From positions 372,001 through 436,000 of the forward strand of contig JAPEUD010000003.1 in NCBI GenBank assembly GCA_026026165.1: a DNA stretch of 64,000 nucleotides, written 5' to 3'. Origin of the DNA: Sarea resinae (lineage: Eukaryota). Position numbers and translations under genes: made by a program. This document shows positions 58,301-64,000 of the stretch, one piece after another (the stretch's first letter is position 1; each line of letters begins with the position of its first letter). The notes beneath the pieces were generated by a model. It did no database searches. It was not told the DNA's origin and saw nothing but the letters and a program-made list of their open reading frames with translations.

Positions 58301-61300
58301 TAAAGATAGCTCGCAGAGCTTCCTTGCTGCAGCTTATACAAAGCTTGAGAACGGTCGACTGCGTCTGCACAAGATTAGTCTCTTAGCTTGAAGTGCTTTA
58401 GCTGACGGGCAAAAGCTCCTAGCTGCGATGCTAAGGCTTCGGCTGCCCATTCATGAATGCAAGGCAGGCTATTGCATCGGCGCTTGACGCCTGTTCGCTG
58501 CTGAACTGGAACCTCGCTTTCGAGTATTTTCTGAAATGCGCATTTGTGGAGGAAAATGAAGCTTTCGGCTTGTTCGACAGCTCATCGTTTTGGCGCACCT
58601 CCACTTTGATGCTCGAGACGGTACGAATATTTCGCCGCCTTCTTAAACGCGTACGTCATATGTCATGCGCGACATGCTCTCGTGCATTTCTCGGAGCGCT
58701 TGCTGGGATATCCAGATCAGCTAAAAGCCTTTGCAACTCTTGCCGATCGAGCTTCCTGCTCTGTAGGCAGCAGAGGGGGAGGGAAGACTACTGTACCTGC
58801 CAACCTGAGCATTTGCACCAATTACCTGCCTATCACTGTTGCCCAACCTCTCAGCCAGCTAGCCATCTGCACCCTGCGGGTCAATCAACCCTAAGGTACG
58901 TAGGCTGCGAGGAGAAGTGGACCATTGGCTCGCCAAAGGGGCCCCGCGGCGGGGAATCTGAACCCGGCGGATGCTTGTCGAGCACGTCAGGCTGCTGAGT
59001 GGCCTAATTCAATAAAACGGGCTGGACTAACATAATTGAGCAGATTACTGCATGACAGCAAGCTTTTGATCGGAGCAGCGACGAAGATAGCTACTCACGC
59101 TGACTGACCCGGCCAGGCGGGAACCTATCTGCTGCAGAATACGCACTTGAGTAATTACGAAGTATCATAAGACTCATGCCATGTATTTCAGGGTCAACGT
59201 GACCTGGTGTGAAGCCCGACTAGCCCCCAATATGGTGGCGTCGTTTGTCGACCAACCGCTTCAGCTGTACCGCTTGTATCGGGCATTACCACGCTGGGGA
59301 GGCGAGGCCCCTCGCGACCTTATCGATCCTCCTATGACAGCTAACGGTAGAGAAGTTGGGCTTTAGTGGTCGCAGAGGCAAGACACCGTCCTCGAAAGCT
59401 CGATCTGCGCATCTGACAGTGCGAGTATGGGGGAGGGGGCAGGGGGAAGGGGCAGCTCATGGGCCATAGTCAATGGGCACGTATCAGGATGATACTGTTG
59501 AGCTAAAGCGCATGAAGTTATGGGATCTTCCTCGGTGCTGAAGGGTGGGTACAACAACCTTGCCTTTCAGCCCTTGGTATGCCATCATTGCGCTTCGCTT
59601 ACCGACTGATGATCAGCATTGCTTGATGCATATCCAACTGATTGGCCCTCTACAGCGCCATCCGATCTCGACTGGAGCTGGATCATCTGAACATTTGTCG
59701 CCTCATCGTCTTCAGTCCAAAGGGTCAGGGTCCCCAAACCTCTATTGAAGCAGCCATTTTGATCCAGCCCAGTGGCCATGCTAACTATTTCGATATCGTG
59801 TTCCTGCGTCGGATGCAGATGATGCGCCCAGGCGGCGTCCTCATTACGCGATGGACGAGAATGAGAGCGACTCCTTGCGTGTCCTCTTTCAGGAAAGAGC
59901 TTCTTTGGAAGAGCTCCCTACTCACCTCGAAGCCGGGAACCACGGGGTCGGGGAAGAGAGTTGGGTACCTGAGGATGGGGCTTTTCCCAGCCTATCCCAG
60001 CTTTTCCCAGTGTAAGGGTCTGTAGACGACGAAAGAGGCAACCTCGGTCCTGCAACTTGCCAGTGTAAACCTATCTGGGCAGTAGAATTCAGCGTATTCA
60101 ATACGATGATGAATGCTCTTAGAAACTAGTGGGTTCCTGCTTATGCTTGGCTAAGCCAAAGATGACATGGACCTACGGTTGGTATCATGCCTTCAAACGA
60201 AAGATGGCCAACGGGGCCAAAGGGCATCTTCTCTTCTCGTGCATCCTTCGACCTCCTCGAGTCCATAAACTCCTAAACAACGCATTTCCCGACCTCCAAT
60301 CCTATCCAAGTGAGCTTCAAAAGAAGCACAGATGTTGAGAGCGCCAATAAACACGAGCTCCTGATCTATGTTGAGCTTGATCTATATATCGACATATCGA
60401 AGACTGCAACGACGGCTTGCGGACGACGACAAACGGTTCGGCCCTTGAAATCGCCTTTCCAGCGAATCCCTTCTTTCGAATCGAGTACCGTTCTCTTCCA
60501 AGCGTTCAGCATTTCAAATTACCTTATTACACCTAGCATTGGCGCTCATTTTTCGTCATAGGCTTTTCTTCGATTGCTGTACCTTTCAACATCCCGTTAG
60601 GAAACCGTCAGCGACGATCGAGGACCCCGACTGCGAAAGACCCGATTTCTGTCGTTGGCTTTGAAGAGCGAAGCAAACGAGGAGCAAAGTCGCGGACCAT
60701 CGGCCAGGGACGCCTCAAAAGCACCTAAAACGACCAGGGATTCGAATTGGCTGCAACACCCCTTCGCGCAACTCCATACTTCACACCCTCCTCGAGCTCC
60801 CACAACTATCAACCAATCATAGCTGGCTTCCTACACCGCCAGAGAAGTCCTATTGAAATATCAACGACGGCGCGAACTTCCCGGCGCGGAACTTTAAACT
60901 GTTGCGTGCGCTCCGTCCACCATCCGCTCCACCACCGTTGCGCTGCTTTTAAGCCCGTCCCCTCCGACCGGACAGCATCCGGCTGGCCATTCAAAGCAGC
61001 ATCCTCTTCTTCTGAACTCTATTCTCGCCTTTCGTGGGGGCGGAAACAGCCTGACGGATTATTGACCCTCTCTCGCTCTCGCCTTGCTCGCCTCGCTCGA
61101 CCCTCGAGGGGACCCTGGTGCTCTCTAGACCCCCTCTAGTTTAGCGGCCGCACTTAGGTCAGGGATCTCCGGGATCGTCCCAACTGGCCACATTCGATCA
61201 GCGCGCTCTCACACTAGAAGCGGAAGTCTGGCGGCAACCTAATCGCGCCGAATTGACGATAATCGATAATCGGTACCTAGTCAGCTTTGCTTGGGCAGAT

Positions 61301-61902
61301 CGACGACAGCAGCTACCTTTGTATACGGTACCAGACTGGTACGGTCAGAATACGACGGCAGTCTTGAAAATCAACATCAAGAGCTGGACTCGTGTCGAGA
61401 CATTCTGGGCCGGTCGCCGTTTCCCGCCACTGCGAAGAGTGAGAGCGACGAGGCGGAAAATATCGTGCGCAATCTAGTCGCTTTCTTGCGAAGACCTATC
61501 GCAAAAAAGCCCAATGAATCACAGTAAGCTGAAACCTTTTACGCATGTCACATTTCGTCAGGTCCTCACCTGAAACCCTTTACAAGTCTGTTGCCAAGTA
61601 CATTTTTCGCACCATGTTGATCCCCTCCATCATGTTATTGTCTGTTCCATTGTCCTGCATGTTGGTGCGTCTTGGTTGTCAGGCCTTCGTCCTCTGTTTT
61701 CGGTTCTCTTCTGCCCGAGAGTCTGGTATTCCCGGCAAGCCAGATCTTCCGAGTCTGTGCAACGACAAAGTCTGCCTCGGGTTCAGGGTCGCGAGCAGAT
61801 GTATTTTTTTCATATGGGCCATATTCCCTGTCGATGGCTCGCCTCATACCCGAACATGTAAGGCGATCGAGGCAAACGGCTGACCCTATCACCTCCAACC
61901 AG

Positions 61903-64000
61903 CACTCATACATCTTCCGTTGGAGCCTGACTATCCTCTATCATCGGAGACTTCGTGCGTTGACCAAGGTCGAGTCTTCTCGGACCAGTCAACGTTCTCA
62001 GTCGGGCCCGCGGGCGAGCACTTTCGGCGGGCTGGCTCGCTGGATCAACCTACATTGCAACAGCTGTCTCTACCTACTAGCGGCGGGATTCGCTACATCC
62101 CACAGCTTCCCGCCGTGCAGGATGTGCAGTAAGTGCGTTTTCAAATTCAGCCTAGCGCATCTTTTCAATGATCACCCACCTTCATCCCTTCCCCATGCCT
62201 CTCGCTTCGAGTCCCCCGCGTTGGCCTGACCATCATCTTGGTCCTTGCGTGGCTCTCTACACAGAACAGCTCCGTCATCATAACGGGTTGCACAGCATTG
62301 ATTGCTTGGAGAGCCTATCTTGTCGAGCTTCGTGGTCCACTATCGCGATCACGCGACAATCTCTAGGTCGCTTTCTTTCCCAGTCATGCATTAGCTGCAT
62401 TCTGAGATTCTCACCAGCTGCGGCCCGCCCTTGGCGTTGTATCATCCCAAATTCTTCAGTGTTTTAACGTTGCCATCCCAGCGACACCTGCATTAGATGG
62501 CTGATGGCAGAAATGATATATCAGTTTTCAGAGCAGGTCAGGACTTCCAATGAGTCCGGTGAATTCAAGCAGCGGCTCAGTATCGACCAGTCCAAGCTCG
62601 GCAGCTTCGTCTCTCGCTTTCTCACCTCTCACCAATGTATACCAGCACGGACTGAGTAGTACGGGAAATTATTCCACTACGGCTTCTCCGATCTACGCGA
62701 ATTCGGGAAGCTATCCACACCCGTATGTGATGCCCGACTTGAGGCCCCGAATAGCTTCTATGTGGGTAGCCTTGATCTCCCTCTCGAGGCGTCAAGAGAT
62801 GGGCTGTTTGTATTGGGCTCGCTGACCGGTTGCGGTGGTTTGTTCAGTCATTCCTTCTCGGGCATGCCCCCTCCGTCTCGATCACCGGGCATCGCAAACC
62901 AGATTTCTCCGTCAACGGTCACGGCAGCAAGAGACAATTATACCACGGCAACGCCTCATCTCAGCAGGCACATCCTCTCACCGAGGAACACGTCAGATCT
63001 GCTGTCACGGTCACCTCGCTCTCACCCTGCAACACCAAGAAGCGCGGACTCGCCAACGGTGACAATGTCGCCGTCGTCGAATGCGGCCTTTGGCAAACCG
63101 TCAGCGTCAATGCAGCTTGATCCTGCTTCTCAGATCGCCTTTGGGCCTTCGAGCCAGAATCATTCGGGGCCTCCACTAGGAGAGACGTTCTCATTGCATT
63201 CGATGACCTCCGCCGAAGGACAGGTGATAACACCGCAGATCATAGCCCGCATCGACAAAGGATTCTTCTATACGGAAAAGGATTGGACTTGCTACAGAAG
63301 GAATTATTTTGCCGTCAATTGCTCTTATGCTCTCAGACCGCATTTACCGTCGACGGCGCTCTACCTCAATCGCTCGAATACTTCGATGCCAGAGCTGATA
63401 CAGGGTTTCGCGATGTCTATTTCCGCTGTTGTGGATGGGCCTGGTGGTAAGGCCATCGAGCTTGTTCAGCATACGCCAAAGAGAGACAAAGCCCCCACGA
63501 CGCGACCCGAACGAGTCAAACTCAATCCTAGTAGTACGGGAACGCTTGGGATGTTCCCCGGCTCCGGTGCTGCAGCTAACGCGACGTTCCCGGGATCTGG
63601 GATATCGGGACAAGCGGAATATGACCAGTCATACGCTGTATCAACTTCACAGCCCAACACGGTCGCCAACTTTGAACGCATTCAATTCAAGAATGCGACC
63701 GCGAACAATGGCAAACGGCGCGCAGCGCAGCAATATTATCATCTCGTCGTCGAGCTATATGCCGACGTCAGGAGCACCTTGTCGTCCGAGCCTCGTTATA
63801 TCAAGGTCGCGACACGAATGTCGGAGCGCATGGTTGTCCGTGGTCGCTCACCGGGGCACTACTCTGATGACCGCCGGGCTAGCTCCTCTAGCACCGGACC
63901 TGGTGGAGCCAGTGGCGGTGGCGGCGCCGATGGCTCAGGAAACTTGATCAATCCTGCAGGTCCACCACCATCGGGCGCACGTTTGGGCAGCTCAGCCTCT
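61903..64000 (+). CDS. NDT80: NDT80/PhoG-family transcription factor, 3'-truncated by the window, 5' end uncertain; exons about 61903-62128, 62525-62761, 62848->64000
   Basis: Frame absent from the ORF track (runs off the end) reads ARIDKGFFYTEKDWTCYRRNYF, IELVQHTPKRDKAP, FERIQFKNATANNGKRRAAQQYYHLVVELYAD, MVVRGRSPGHY. Confidence 0.92.

Noticed and set aside
58453..58998. 181-aa ORF in the long intergenic region
   Set aside because: No recognisable motif or clear codon bias; cannot be supported without a search or expression data
55553..61506. Ndt80 MSE-like cores (CRCAAAW) at 55553-55559 (minus), 58542-58548 (minus) and 61500-61506
   Set aside because: This 7-mer is expected about once per 2 kb on two strands, so three in 6 kb is not enrichment

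Overview
Eukaryotic DNA from a filamentous ascomycete (Pezizomycotina-type gene content; short GT-AG introns with CTRAC/CTRAY branch points). Splicing the ORF fragments by hand gives about 20 protein-coding genes and one intron-containing tRNA-Pro(CGG). The housekeeping backbone is ROT1, an RKM5-like methyltransferase, FAA1, YIP4, a RanBP1-domain nucleoporin, HRQ1, an ECM11-domain gene, an RBR E3 ligase, an uncharacterised conserved gene, HNT2, a GH47 mannosidase, a 73-aa microprotein, SSC1, a DUF2415/WD40 gene, PNS1 and a 3'-truncated NDT80-family gene. Two accessory-looking tracts interrupt it. The first (about 21.5-25 kb) holds a Cys/His microprotein divergent from a kinase-like gene broken by one in-frame UGA, the tRNA and a decayed ORF. 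The second (about 28.3-43.2 kb) holds decayed ORFs, a NACHT-WD40 NLR bracketed by microsatellite tracts and an AhpD-like gene. The best candidates for follow-up are the UGA-interrupted kinase-like gene with its microprotein partner, the NLR island with hypervariable TpA-rich WD repeats, and a recurring GC gradient at gene ends facing microsatellite tracts. All calls come from motif recognition by eye; no searches or computations were run.
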